From Rhodopirellula sp. (lineage in GTDB: Bacteria; Planctomycetota; Planctomycetia; Pirellulales; Pirellulaceae): 64,000 nucleotides of DNA. The notes below the pieces were generated by a model, which saw only the letters and a list, made by a program, of their open reading frames with translations, searched no databases and was not told the origin of the DNA. The first letter of the stretch is position 1. Every line of letters starts with the position of its first letter. The stretch spans positions 27,132-91,131 of the forward strand of contig NZHC01000130.1 of NCBI GenBank assembly GCA_002689655.1, read 5' to 3'. This document shows, piece after piece, positions 1 to 9,529 of this stretch. Made by a program: the position numbers and the translations under genes.

Positions 1-858
1 ATCAAGCTCGACAACGACCTTTATCATCCAAAAAATTGGCGTCCCTTTGTTTTGGCTCTCAGCGGTCAAGGCTTCACCCGACCGCATCTCGTAGTATTTG
101 GTGCTTGGTTAACAGCAGAGACGGGGGTGCTGACACTGGGCCAAGTCATTTCAGGGAACTTGGATGATCGCTTGGAACGAAGCTTGTCGCAAGAAAATAT
201 CTTGCGATCCATGATCCGAGAGCGGCAGCTCGCTGCTTTTCCATCGGTGGTAGTGGCCGCTGATTACGTTGCGGGTATCGAGGCTTTGGTGCAATGCCAG
301 GGCTTGGGAAGCTTGAGACCTAATGTTGTGCTGTTGGGATGCCCGCTGACAGTTGCACGCATGAGTGTTTTTGGGAATTTACTGCGTAACCTACAGTCTC
401 TGGGCAGAAGCGCGGTGGTTCTCCGCAGGACAGATGAGCCAGCGAATGATTGGGCGGCCCCCGCGGGCCCCATCGATGTCTGGTGGCGTGGACGGGCTAA
501 TGGCGAAATGATGGTTCTGTTGTCGCATCTGATCCTGCAACATCCACTGTGGCAAGGAAGGCGGTTACGGCTGCTCAGAGTTGTCGAGAGTGAAGCGGGT
601 ACTGAGGATGTACGATCCCATTTGGAGGGGCTTTTACGTGAAGCAAGAATCCAGGCGATAACGAAGGTTGTGGTCGCCAGCGATGCAGCAGCTGCAATTC
701 AAACCACGAGTCGGGATGCTGCATTTGTTTTTCTGGGTATTCAACCACCAGAAGTTGGTTGCGAGGATGAATTCTTTTCACGGATGGAATTGTTGGTCGG
801 ACGCCTGCAGCGTGTGGCCTTTGTGCAAAGTGCAGGTGGCGTACGTCTGGAATCTTAG
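1..858 (+). CDS. SLC12/cation-chloride cotransporter-like amino-acid permease, C-terminal part (5' truncated by window)
   Basis: The frame is open from base 1 (IKLDNDLYHPKNWRPFVL). The motifs HPKNWRP, GLGSLRPNVVLLG and IDVWW are typical of the SLC12 cytoplasmic domain. Confidence 0.8.
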   Translation: MKLDNDLYHPKNWRPFVLALSGQGFTRPHLVVFGAWLTAETGVLTLGQVISGNLDDRLERSLSQENILRSMIRERQLAAFPSVVVAADYVAGIEALVQCQGLGSLRPNVVLLGCPLTVARMSVFGNLLRNLQSLGRSAVVLRRTDEPANDWAAPAGPIDVWWRGRANGEMMVLLSHLILQHPLWQGRRLRLLRVVESEAGTEDVRSHLEGLLREARIQAITKVVVASDAAAAIQTTSRDAAFVFLGIQPPEVGCEDEFFSRMELLVGRLQRVAFVQSAGGVRLES

Positions 859-942
859 GCTGTCGCGTTGGGGGGCGATCTGCCGATGCTAAGGCGACGT
901 GAGTGAAAATGGCAAGCCAAACAAAAATCTGCGAAGGACGAG

Positions 943-1650
943 ATGCCAGACCAAACTAGGATCGTTTCCCCAGGCTCGAATGACCGTCGAGTGCGTTCTG
1001 CGGATGGAGTCGAATTGCAGGTTCCAGAGGGATGGGTGCTGTTGCCACCTGGCGATGCAGGTTGGACGCGGCGAGTGAAGGCGGGCGGTCCCACTTGGAC
1101 AGTGAAAGAAAAAAAGGGACGCCGTACTTTTTCAAAAGGTGTGTGGGCGTTAAAAGATCGCGTTGAGGAAACCAAGCGTATTCTTGACGCAGAACGGGCT
1201 ACCGATGCGTATGCGAAACGAAAGATACGCGATCAGGTGAGGCGTGAAGAAAAACAGGCCGTTTATGTCGAGGATTTCCATGGGGCGGTTTTGTCGTTTT
1301 TGAACTTTCATGAGGATTTTAGAGACGATGCACAGAAGATCGCAACGCTCGTGACGACGCATGCAACGCCGGTGGGTAGCGGTACCGTGGCTCGAACAGA
1401 GCGAATCCCAATTCAAAGACGTGCTGAGTCTGCGGTGATCGCATGGTTGCGTCACCAGACGACTGCCTATGATCACATGAAAATTGCACGGGTCAAAGGC
1501 AAGAGACGAGAGGTTCGTCGGATGCTGGCGGAAGAATCCAGAAACTTGCTATCGCGTTATCGGAGAGGCGATGCCGTCGAACGCAAGCATTGCCCCTTGC
1601 AGGCGGCTTTGGAATCTGACTCTGTCCCAGGTTCAAAAGAGACTCGTTGA
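943..1650 (+). CDS. DUF2293-like conserved protein
   Basis: 235 aa. It contains TPVGSGTVART and AVIAWLRHQTTAYD, recalled from DUF2293 proteins. Confidence 0.7.
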   Translation: MPDQTRIVSPGSNDRRVRSADGVELQVPEGWVLLPPGDAGWTRRVKAGGPTWTVKEKKGRRTFSKGVWALKDRVEETKRILDAERATDAYAKRKIRDQVRREEKQAVYVEDFHGAVLSFLNFHEDFRDDAQKIATLVTTHATPVGSGTVARTERIPIQRRAESAVIAWLRHQTTAYDHMKIARVKGKRREVRRMLAEESRNLLSRYRRGDAVERKHCPLQAALESDSVPGSKETR

Positions 1651-1709
1651 CCGGTCAGTAGAGATGGTGGCAACGGCACAGAAGTGGGTGGGTGACGATC
1701 CCGCGGAAA

Positions 1710-4700
1710 TCAAGCGGCTTCGCCCCCCTCGGTGATCTCGCCCGTATCACTGACATCTTCAAAGCGAATCGATACCTGTTTGCTGACTCCTGATTCTTGC
1801 ATGGTCACCCCATAAAGGGTGGTGGCGGCAGTCATCGTCTTTTTGCTGTGCGTGACCACCACGAATTTTGAGTTCTCCAGAAACTCATTCAAAACCGTGA
1901 CGAAGCGACCAATGTTCGCTTCGTCGAACGGTGCATCCACCTCGTCGAGAACGCAGAAAGGACTGGGGCGGTATTTGAAAATAGCCATCAGCAGAGCGAC
2001 TGCCGTCAGGGCCTTTTCTCCACCAGACAGGAGAGAGTTGCTGAAACTCGGTTTGCCCGGTGGCGTTGCGACGATTTCAACTCCTGCTTCCAGTGGATCC
2101 TCGCTTTCCTCAAGGATCAGGTCAGCTTGGCCACCGCCGAATGATTTGCGGTACAGCTGTTGGAAGTTGACGCGAATTGCTTCCAGCGTGTCAAGGAACA
2201 GCCGGCGGCTATCAGCGTTGATTCGACCTATTATGCGTTGCAGGGAGTCCTTGGCAGCTGTCAGGTCCTGATACTGACCATGAAGTTCATCGTAGCGGGC
2301 CTGCAAACTTTCCAACTCTTCCAACGCCTCCATGTTGACATTGCTGGTGCGTTGTAACTGGCTCCGAAGGATATTGATTTCCTTCTCGGTTGCATCGCGG
2401 TCTTCAGGAGCTTCCCAGTCTTCAGGAACTTCACTGTTTCGTAGGTCAAGTTCGTAGTCTTCCATCAACCGCTCGGCGAGGGTGTCACGCCTCAGCTTAG
2501 CGCTGTCCCGTTTCGCGGAGAGTGAGTGCACGGATTCGCTCGCGGCTGCAGCCTGTTTCATCGCTTCTTCACTGGCCCGCATGATGTCCCGGTTCTCCTG
2601 GCGGACTCGTTCAGCAGCCTCAGCAAGCTTTTTCAGATGGGTTGTGTTCTGGTCAGCATCCCACTGCAAAGTGGCAAGCTGATTGGTTGCTTCAAGAACG
2701 CGTTGGGTCAATTGATTGATGCGTTGGCGTCCCTGAGTTGCCTGCATCCGAACTTCATCAACGGCCGCTTCCCGTTGGTTCTGGTCGCGTTTTTGTTGTG
2801 TCATGGTGGCGGACAGGGCTTCGACTTTTTGCTCAGCACGAGCCAGGTCGACCGAGATTGCCATCACACCGCTGGTGGCAGTTTGGAACGCGGTTTGTGA
2901 TTCTGATAATGTCTCTTCGATTACCGCAGCTTCAAGTTCCAGACTTTCAGTTTGCTCACGCCCTTGGTTGATTTGTTGTGCCAGTTCATCACTTTGAAGG
3001 CGGGCGGCGTCCTGAGCCGTCGTTGTGGCGTGGACTTCGTCAGCAATCTCTTGAACCACCATGCGATTGGATTGCTCGCGTTGGTGGGTGTGCCTGCGTT
3101 CTGCCTCGGCTGCAGCTCGGTCCGCAATGAGTGTGCGGTGGGTCTGCTCGAGTCGACCCAATGAGGCTGCTTCTTCATCAACGCGTGCGTTCAGGCGTTC
3201 AGTCTCTGCTTCTGCTTCGGAGAGTTGATATTGGTAGTGCTTGATCTGTTGCTCGGCAGCAGCAAGTTCACTGCGACGGCTGATCAGACCGGTCGCTGCG
3301 GCTGGGGGGCCCACAACGATTGAACTATCGTTTTCCAGTAGTTCGCCATTGGCAGTTACGAAACGGAGACCTGCTCCCGAAAGCTTCCTTAGCCCCAACG
3401 CTGTTTCAAGGGTATCAACCAGCCATGTGCTGCTGAGAAGATGTCGCGCCAGCGATTCATAGGCTGAGTCACACTTGAGCATACGATCGGCACGGCCGAT
3501 GACTCCTTTCAATCCGTCAAGACGGATGCGGTCGCCTGGGCGTCGGCTGGGTAATTCATCGATTCGAATCAGGCCCACCCGGCTATCGATTGCCAGCTTG
3601 CCATGGGTGATAGCCGCTTGTAGTTCCCCCCCGCTGACGATCACGTATTGGCTGCGCTCCCCGAGTGCGGCATCAATCAGCGGAGCGACGTTGATATCCA
3701 CCTGAAAGCTGTCAGCGACAATGCCGTGCAACTGCTGGGTGAGCGGAGATGGTGTGTTGGTGAGCTGTTCCAGAATGGTGCGTACACCGCCCGAGATCCC
3801 CTCCTGCCGACGTTGGAGATCGTCGAGAACAGTCCGACGTTCGATGAGACCCTGAAGTCGGATGCGGAGCGCGGATACCTCTTCGCGGCGACGCTCGAAC
3901 GTACGCCGGCTCTCTTGTAATTTTGCATCTGCGATCTCGATTTCACGAACAATCTGAACAATGCGGTCATCAGCAACTTCAACTTGCTTGCCGGCAGCTT
4001 TGGATTCATTAATCGCCTCTGCGAGAAGTGTTTCCGCGTTACTTAGTCGCTTGCGCAATCCAGTTAGCGTACGCTGAGTCTCTCCTACACGCTGTTCGCT
4101 ACGCTGGCGTTTAGATTCCAGGTCAGCAACATGACGTACGAGGGTGAGGTGCTGCTGCTGAATAACGTCACGTTTGGCAATGACTTCGCTGACTTCTTCT
4201 TGGACCTGCTCGCGTTCCTGCTGAGCGGCGGTGTTTCGTTGGCGAACCCGTGCCAGTTCGTCCTCATAATTTTGTAATCGGTCCGTCGCATTTCTCAGTT
4301 CTGCCGCCGCTGATCCTGCCTGAGTCTGTAGTAACCGTACGCGTCTAAGCAGCTTTGCCACGCTTCCGCGGGCATCGTGGATGGATGCCTGATCGGCAGT
4401 TCGACGTCCCGCATACTCCGCAATCTTTTGAAGCTTTGTGCTCCGTTCTTGTTCAATTTGGCGGGCTTCGTCTGCGATTTGTTGCAATTGTAGATCAGCA
4501 GCCTGACGCTCGTCTGACATGCGGGAACGGAGCGTTTCGAGATCTTTGTGAGTTGCGATCGCTTTGGCGAGGTCGGTTTCTGTGTTCTCCAGTTCCCAAG
4601 ATAACTCTCGCCAGTCCGCCCAGGCCATTTGGGTCCGAAGCGTTTTCATTCGATCGTTTGCTTGCCGGTAACGTTCCGCTTTGCCCGCTTGGCTACGAAT

Positions 4701-5309
4701 GTTTTTCAGGCGTGACGCGACTTCATCGACAATGTCGCCCAAACGAGTCAAATTGGATTGCACTCGTGTCAGACGACGTTCTGCTTCAGTCTTCTTGGCC
4801 TTGAATCGGCTGATCCCGGCAGCTTCTTCGAATATCGCGCGGCGATCTTTCGCATTCGCTTGCAGCATCCGATCGACCTTGCCTTGCTCGATCAGGCTAT
4901 AAGCATCGATCCCAATCCCCGTGCCTCGAATCAGATTTCGCACGTCCTTCAGACGAACCGGCTGATTATTAATCAGGTACTCACCCTCGCCGCTACGATA
5001 GACGCGGCGGGTGACATGAACCTCGGGTGCGTCGACGCCAAGTGCGCCGTCTTGATTGTCGAAAACAATCGTTGCCTCTGCAGTGCCGGCAGGACCGCGT
5101 GTCTGTGATCCTTTGAAGATCACGTCGGACATGTCCTTGCCACGAAGGCTCTTGGCACTCTGCGATCCGAGCACCCATTTGATGGCATCCACAATGTTGG
5201 ACTTTCCGGACCCGTTCGGTCCCACCACCACCGTGATCCCTTCCGGAAAATCAAAGCGCGTGCGATCCGCAAAACTTTTGAAACCGGCCAGCTCGAGTGC
5301 TTTCAGCAT
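1710..5309 (-). CDS. smc: Chromosome segregation protein SMC
   Basis: 1199 aa with Walker A GPNGSGKSN, long coiled coils with a central hinge, signature LSGGEK and Walker B LDEVDAPFD. Confidence 0.97.
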   Translation of the reverse strand: MLKALELAGFKSFADRTRFDFPEGITVVVGPNGSGKSNIVDAIKWVLGSQSAKSLRGKDMSDVIFKGSQTRGPAGTAEATIVFDNQDGALGVDAPEVHVTRRVYRSGEGEYLINNQPVRLKDVRNLIRGTGIGIDAYSLIEQGKVDRMLQANAKDRRAIFEEAAGISRFKAKKTEAERRLTRVQSNLTRLGDIVDEVASRLKNIRSQAGKAERYRQANDRMKTLRTQMAWADWRELSWELENTETDLAKAIATHKDLETLRSRMSDERQAADLQLQQIADEARQIEQERSTKLQKIAEYAGRRTADQASIHDARGSVAKLLRRVRLLQTQAGSAAAELRNATDRLQNYEDELARVRQRNTAAQQEREQVQEEVSEVIAKRDVIQQQHLTLVRHVADLESKRQRSEQRVGETQRTLTGLRKRLSNAETLLAEAINESKAAGKQVEVADDRIVQIVREIEIADAKLQESRRTFERRREEVSALRIRLQGLIERRTVLDDLQRRQEGISGGVRTILEQLTNTPSPLTQQLHGIVADSFQVDINVAPLIDAALGERSQYVIVSGGELQAAITHGKLAIDSRVGLIRIDELPSRRPGDRIRLDGLKGVIGRADRMLKCDSAYESLARHLLSSTWLVDTLETALGLRKLSGAGLRFVTANGELLENDSSIVVGPPAAATGLISRRSELAAAEQQIKHYQYQLSEAEAETERLNARVDEEAASLGRLEQTHRTLIADRAAAEAERRHTHQREQSNRMVVQEIADEVHATTTAQDAARLQSDELAQQINQGREQTESLELEAAVIEETLSESQTAFQTATSGVMAISVDLARAEQKVEALSATMTQQKRDQNQREAAVDEVRMQATQGRQRINQLTQRVLEATNQLATLQWDADQNTTHLKKLAEAAERVRQENRDIMRASEEAMKQAAAASESVHSLSAKRDSAKLRRDTLAERLMEDYELDLRNSEVPEDWEAPEDRDATEKEINILRSQLQRTSNVNMEALEELESLQARYDELHGQYQDLTAAKDSLQRIIGRINADSRRLFLDTLEAIRVNFQQLYRKSFGGGQADLILEESEDPLEAGVEIVATPPGKPSFSNSLLSGGEKALTAVALLMAIFKYRPSPFCVLDEVDAPFDEANIGRFVTVLNEFLENSKFVVVTHSKKTMTAATTLYGVTMQESGVSKQVSIRFEDVSDTGEITEGGEAA

Positions 5310-5715
5310 GCGACAGGTCTGTGGAACAGTTCCAAATAGTGCGTAAATAACGTGATTTCGACCGACAACTCAGCGTAAATGAAAGGGCTCCTTGGGGCTA
5401 GTTCTGTTTTATGTTCCTAACCTTTTCTGAGTGTTTTCGGCGTCTCTACAAGAGTTATCAGATCATTCGGCAGACCCCGTTTGCCTATTTTTCCTATTTA
5501 CTGGTGGTCTTTTGCAGTTCTGTGAGTTGCTGGCTCAGCCATCGTAATGAGTCTGGCGTTGCATTCGTAGAAAGGCTGGCGTCGGCATTTTGGCGATCTA
5601 TGTCGCCTCGGATCCTAAGATTAGAAGCCCAGACCGGACGGGGCTGCGCGGTGAGACCCGGAAACGAACCTCTCGTGTCGCAGCGGTCGGGAACTCCGAG
5701 GATTAGTCGCACAAA

Positions 5716-5737
5716 GAGACTCTTTACGAGACTCTTT
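5716..5737. repeat. Short direct repeat GAGACTCTTT x2 (period 12)
   Basis: Read directly from the sequence. Confidence 0.8.
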
Positions 5738-6092
5738 GCTGCCGGGCTGCCAAAGAGGCCAACCGGTCCTCGGTCTGTGGTGAAAAAGAGATGAGTTGAT
5801 GGGAGAATTCGTTTCTAAGCCAGACGTTTGACAGCGTTCGAATACCGGTCGATCTCTCCGCGATCGTAGTGACCAGGAAATTCACTGACGCCATGCTAAC
5901 ATCGTGATATGCTTCTTGAAATGTGGTTGTTGTCGATTGTTGATTTGTTGGCATGAGGCGGCGGGCCATGGATTCCAAAAGTAGCATTTTAGGGCAACGA
6001 CACCAGAGTGGTGCATTGTTTGAGTCGCGTGCTTTGGATGTCGTGTATTGCATGTTTCAGATCATTTGGACTCTTGACCCCACGCCCGCATC

Positions 6093-7283
6093 ATGCCTCA
6101 GAGTGAAGTGCCGTCAGACGGAAGTGCCGACACACGCAACAAGACCAACAGGGTGATCGGTTCTACCGAGCAGCGGGTTGGTGACAACGATGTCGAGCCA
6201 CTACGCAGTGTTCACACATCCAATCTTCCTGAGATTCTGGAGCATCTTGGGTGTTCTTTGATGGTGAGTACCTATCAAGCCGGTAGGCTGGTGATGTTGC
6301 GAGCACAGAACGGAGTGTTGAACACGCACTTCAGGTCGTTCGACAAGCCGATGGGCCTCGCCTTGTCGGAGAACCGACTGGCGGTGGGTGCTGCTAACAC
6401 GATTTGGGAATTCCACAATCTGCCGGCAGTGGGTGATAAACTCAATGCCGAAGCCGAGTCATCCTCGGCAAGTCAGCACGACGCTTGTTTTTTGCCTCGT
6501 GTAACTCATTGGACTGGGGATATTCAGATCCATGAAATGGCATGGGTAGGGCAAGGGATGGATGCCGAGTTGTGGTTTGTGAACACCCGTTTTTCGTGTC
6601 TGTGCAAACGAAGCGGGCTTTACAGCTTTGAGCCTGTCTGGCGCCCTCCATTCATCGACAGTTTTATGCCGGGTGACTGTTGCCACCTCAACGGGTTGGG
6701 ACTGCGTGAAGGGCTACCGAAGTTTGTAACCGCGTTGGGTGAAACGTCGTCGGCGCGGGGATGGCGCGATAACAAAAAAGACGGAGGCATCTTGATGGAC
6801 GTCGAAAGTGGTGATGTCATTTCCCGAGGATTATCAATGCCCCATTCGCCCCGGTGGTATCAAGGACGTTTATGGGTGCTGGAATCAGGGCGAGGTGGGC
6901 TGGGCTATGTGGATCAAGGGACGGGCGAATACGTTCAGTTGATCGAACTACCTGGGTTTACACGTGGCCTGGCATTCTGTGGTCCGCTTGCATTTGTTGG
7001 TCTGTCGCAGGTTCGTGAAACGGCGGTATTTGGCGGAGTGCCTATCGCGGAGAAGCAGTTGCAGGAACGCACGTGTGGTGTCTGGGTTGTGAATTTGGAA
7101 ACTGCCGAGACCATTGCTTTTGTCAAGTTCGAGGATGCAGTGCAGGAGATTTTTGCGGTGGAGGTTATTTCCCACCGCTTCCCGGAGTTAGTGAATGAAG
7201 ACAAAGAATTGCTCGACGGTTCTTTCGAAGTGCCCGACGACGTGTTAGCTGGCGTCCCGCCTGGGATACGTTCTCAAGAGTGA
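6093..7283 (+). CDS. TIGR03032/DUF4915 family protein
   Basis: It contains STYQAGRLV, FVNTRFSCLC, DCCHLNGL, GLSMPHSPRWY and LPGFTRGL. Confidence 0.85.
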   Translation: MPQSEVPSDGSADTRNKTNRVIGSTEQRVGDNDVEPLRSVHTSNLPEILEHLGCSLMVSTYQAGRLVMLRAQNGVLNTHFRSFDKPMGLALSENRLAVGAANTIWEFHNLPAVGDKLNAEAESSSASQHDACFLPRVTHWTGDIQIHEMAWVGQGMDAELWFVNTRFSCLCKRSGLYSFEPVWRPPFIDSFMPGDCCHLNGLGLREGLPKFVTALGETSSARGWRDNKKDGGILMDVESGDVISRGLSMPHSPRWYQGRLWVLESGRGGLGYVDQGTGEYVQLIELPGFTRGLAFCGPLAFVGLSQVRETAVFGGVPIAEKQLQERTCGVWVVNLETAETIAFVKFEDAVQEIFAVEVISHRFPELVNEDKELLDGSFEVPDDVLAGVPPGIRSQE

Positions 7284-7362
7284 TTGACACGGAGTGCTTT
7301 TGTATCAGACTGACCGACGATAACTTTGTGTTGCATGATGTTCTTTTTTCGTTATTAATAAA

Positions 7363-7707
7363 ATGACACGATTGTTTGCCGGTACACCGTTTGACATTCC
7401 GCCACGATGTGATCGATGTGGTGAGTTGGAAGAGTCCTGTGGTTGTGAGTCGTTGGGGCCGGAACGCTTGCCCGCTGAAAAACAGACCGCAAAAGTAAGA
7501 GCAGATCGCCGTAAACACAAAAGGATGGTGACTGTTGTGTGGGGGTTGGATCCAGTGGATTGTGACCTCAAGGATTTGTTGTCCAAGCTCAAGGCTGCTT
7601 GTGGTAGCGGTGGAAGCCTGCAGGACGACCAGATTGAATTGCAGGGTGATCATGCGGCCCGAGTGAAAAAACAGTTGCAGGAAATTGGTTTTAAGATTGC
7701 AAAGTAA
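7363..7707 (+). CDS. SUI1/YciH-like translation initiation factor
   Basis: C-terminal LKAACGSGGSLQDDQIELQGDH, RKHKRMVTVVWGL, and an N-terminal CxxC-x5-CxC cluster. Confidence 0.85.
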   Translation: MTRLFAGTPFDIPPRCDRCGELEESCGCESLGPERLPAEKQTAKVRADRRKHKRMVTVVWGLDPVDCDLKDLLSKLKAACGSGGSLQDDQIELQGDHAARVKKQLQEIGFKIAK

Positions 7708-7726
7708 TGGCTGTGGTTTTGTGTCG

Positions 7727-7756
7727 GTCAGATCCTCGTTCGTCAGATCTTCGCTG
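7727..7756. repeat. Imperfect 15-bp tandem duplication GTCAGATC(C/T)TCG
   Basis: Read directly; 20 bp after the SUI1 stop. Confidence 0.75.
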
Positions 7757-7948
7757 TGTGATCTCAAAAGAAGAGAGTGTCGAATCCGAAAGCTGGGGAT
7801 TTCGCGCCTCCCTCACGTCAGGTTTCAGCCATGCTGTTTAGACGAAGAAGTGGAAAACAGAAATCGATGGGTGGCATGCGAGGTCGCCCAGAAGTCAGAG
7901 GCTCGAAGACAATAAGTTCAGAAAGTACTTCGCTGCGAGTCAGGAGCG

Positions 7949-7982
7949 TTGATCGGATCAGCATTGATCGGATCAGCATTGA
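7949..7982. repeat. 15-bp tandem repeat TTGATCGGATCAGCA x2 plus partial
   Basis: Read directly from the sequence. Confidence 0.9.
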
Positions 7983-8015
7983 CAGGATGGTTGAGGAGGT
8001 CGAAAAGTAAGATCG

Positions 8016-9341
8016 ATGAGAATGTTCTTGGACAGCCAGAGTAACGCTGAGTTGCGTCGTGGATTTGCGGAATGCACGGCGCCCTTCATGTTGGCCCTAT
8101 CACTGGTTTTTCTGGTGTGTCAGGCGGTCCTTGTTGTGATTCTTGTGGACATGCCGAACTTCAGTGAGCATGCAGGAACAGCGATTGATCCGAATAGTTC
8201 AACCAAGGGATGGTTGCGTGAAATCGCGTCGACCAATGGGGTCGAATTAGCTATCTATGATTGGTCAGTCAGCCTGATTTGGATTGTTTGGCCCATCGTG
8301 GTAATTGAGGCGGGGTTTCATTGGTTGTCACGACCGTGGGATGACCAAACACGTAAGTTGCATTTTTTCAGCTTTTTGTTCTGTATTTGTCCCTCGCTTC
8401 GGATGTGTGCTCGCAGTCATGAAAAAAGGAATCGGCTTTGGTTGCCTGGTTTAGGTTGGCGATATCCAAACAAGCGACTGCGAGCGAGGCTGGAGCGGCA
8501 CTTCAGTTTGCCAATGATCGCCATTGCTCTTTTGATCCTACCCGTTCTAGTGATCGAGTTTTTTCTGCATGACCGCGTAGAAGGTTCGGTGTTGCTGTGG
8601 TCATTACTACACGTGGGAACAGGGGTGATCTGGCTCGCCTTTGCAATCGAATTTATTTTGATGGTGTCGGTGGCTGAGAAAAAGATTGCCTATTGCAAGG
8701 AGCACTGGCTGGATTTGGCGATCCTGCTCTTGCCTTTGATTTCTTTCCTGCGTTCGGTGCAATTCATTCGGGCTACGAACGCACTGCGTTTACCGCAGTT
8801 CACAAAGATGCTGCGGGTGTACCGCATGCGGGGAACCGCTTTGAAGGCCTTGCGGGGCCTGATTGTGCTTGATCTGTTTTCAAGGTTTTTCAAGGCTGAG
8901 CCCGAACAAATGGTCGAGCAGTTGCAGGCGGACTTGCGCGAGGCAGAGGCAAAAGTGCGTGTGATTCGACGAAAGCTAACAAGGGCTCAGCAAATCAAGA
9001 TGGATGCCAATGCTGAAGCCGAACGGGGTGCCGTGGCGGAATTGGATCAAGCGGGACTTGGGGGCAAAGGCGAGGCAGTGCAATCTGGGGTTGCTGTCAA
9101 TCAGTCCGAAGTTGCTGTAGAGTCGGGACCCGCTGTAGGATCGGGGGCAGTTGTGCAGCCTGAACCCGCGAGCGAGCGAGAACCGCCTGATGAACAGGGT
9201 GCGTCGGCTGTGCCCTGTAACGGCTCACAGGACGTTTCACATGGTGAACATTGTGCCAGTCAGAAGACTCGAGTGAATCGTATAACCACAGTGGTTGCCC
9301 CCCCGCAAAACGACAGCAGTCAAAGTAAGCGGCCCAAATAA
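8016..9341 (+). CDS. Ion-transporter-like membrane protein with voltage-sensor (S1-S4) features, no pore domain
   Basis: S2-S3 motif IWLAFAIEF...AYCKEHWLDLAILLLP, an Arg/Lys-periodic S4-like segment, then a coiled coil and an acidic low-complexity tail. Confidence 0.7.
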   Translation: MRMFLDSQSNAELRRGFAECTAPFMLALSLVFLVCQAVLVVILVDMPNFSEHAGTAIDPNSSTKGWLREIASTNGVELAIYDWSVSLIWIVWPIVVIEAGFHWLSRPWDDQTRKLHFFSFLFCICPSLRMCARSHEKRNRLWLPGLGWRYPNKRLRARLERHFSLPMIAIALLILPVLVIEFFLHDRVEGSVLLWSLLHVGTGVIWLAFAIEFILMVSVAEKKIAYCKEHWLDLAILLLPLISFLRSVQFIRATNALRLPQFTKMLRVYRMRGTALKALRGLIVLDLFSRFFKAEPEQMVEQLQADLREAEAKVRVIRRKLTRAQQIKMDANAEAERGAVAELDQAGLGGKGEAVQSGVAVNQSEVAVESGPAVGSGAVVQPEPASEREPPDEQGASAVPCNGSQDVSHGEHCASQKTRVNRITTVVAPPQNDSSQSKRPK

Positions 9342-9529
9342 CCACAGCTGAGCGGAATGCCGCTTGCTCGCAGGGTGTGGGTTGCGTTGTTGCCCATGCG
9401 ACCGCTGCAGAGCGTTTCAGACCGGTTTGCGTGAGGCAGTTACAGGGTTTGAGGGGCGCATTTGGGCTTGCAATCAGATAAACTGTAGTTCTTGCCTTGT
9501 TTCCCCCCTAGAGTCCTGCCTGTCCTGCA

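Noticed and set aside
8016-9341. Potassium channel call
   Set aside because: No TVGYG/GYG filter or S5-S6 helices after the S4-like segment.
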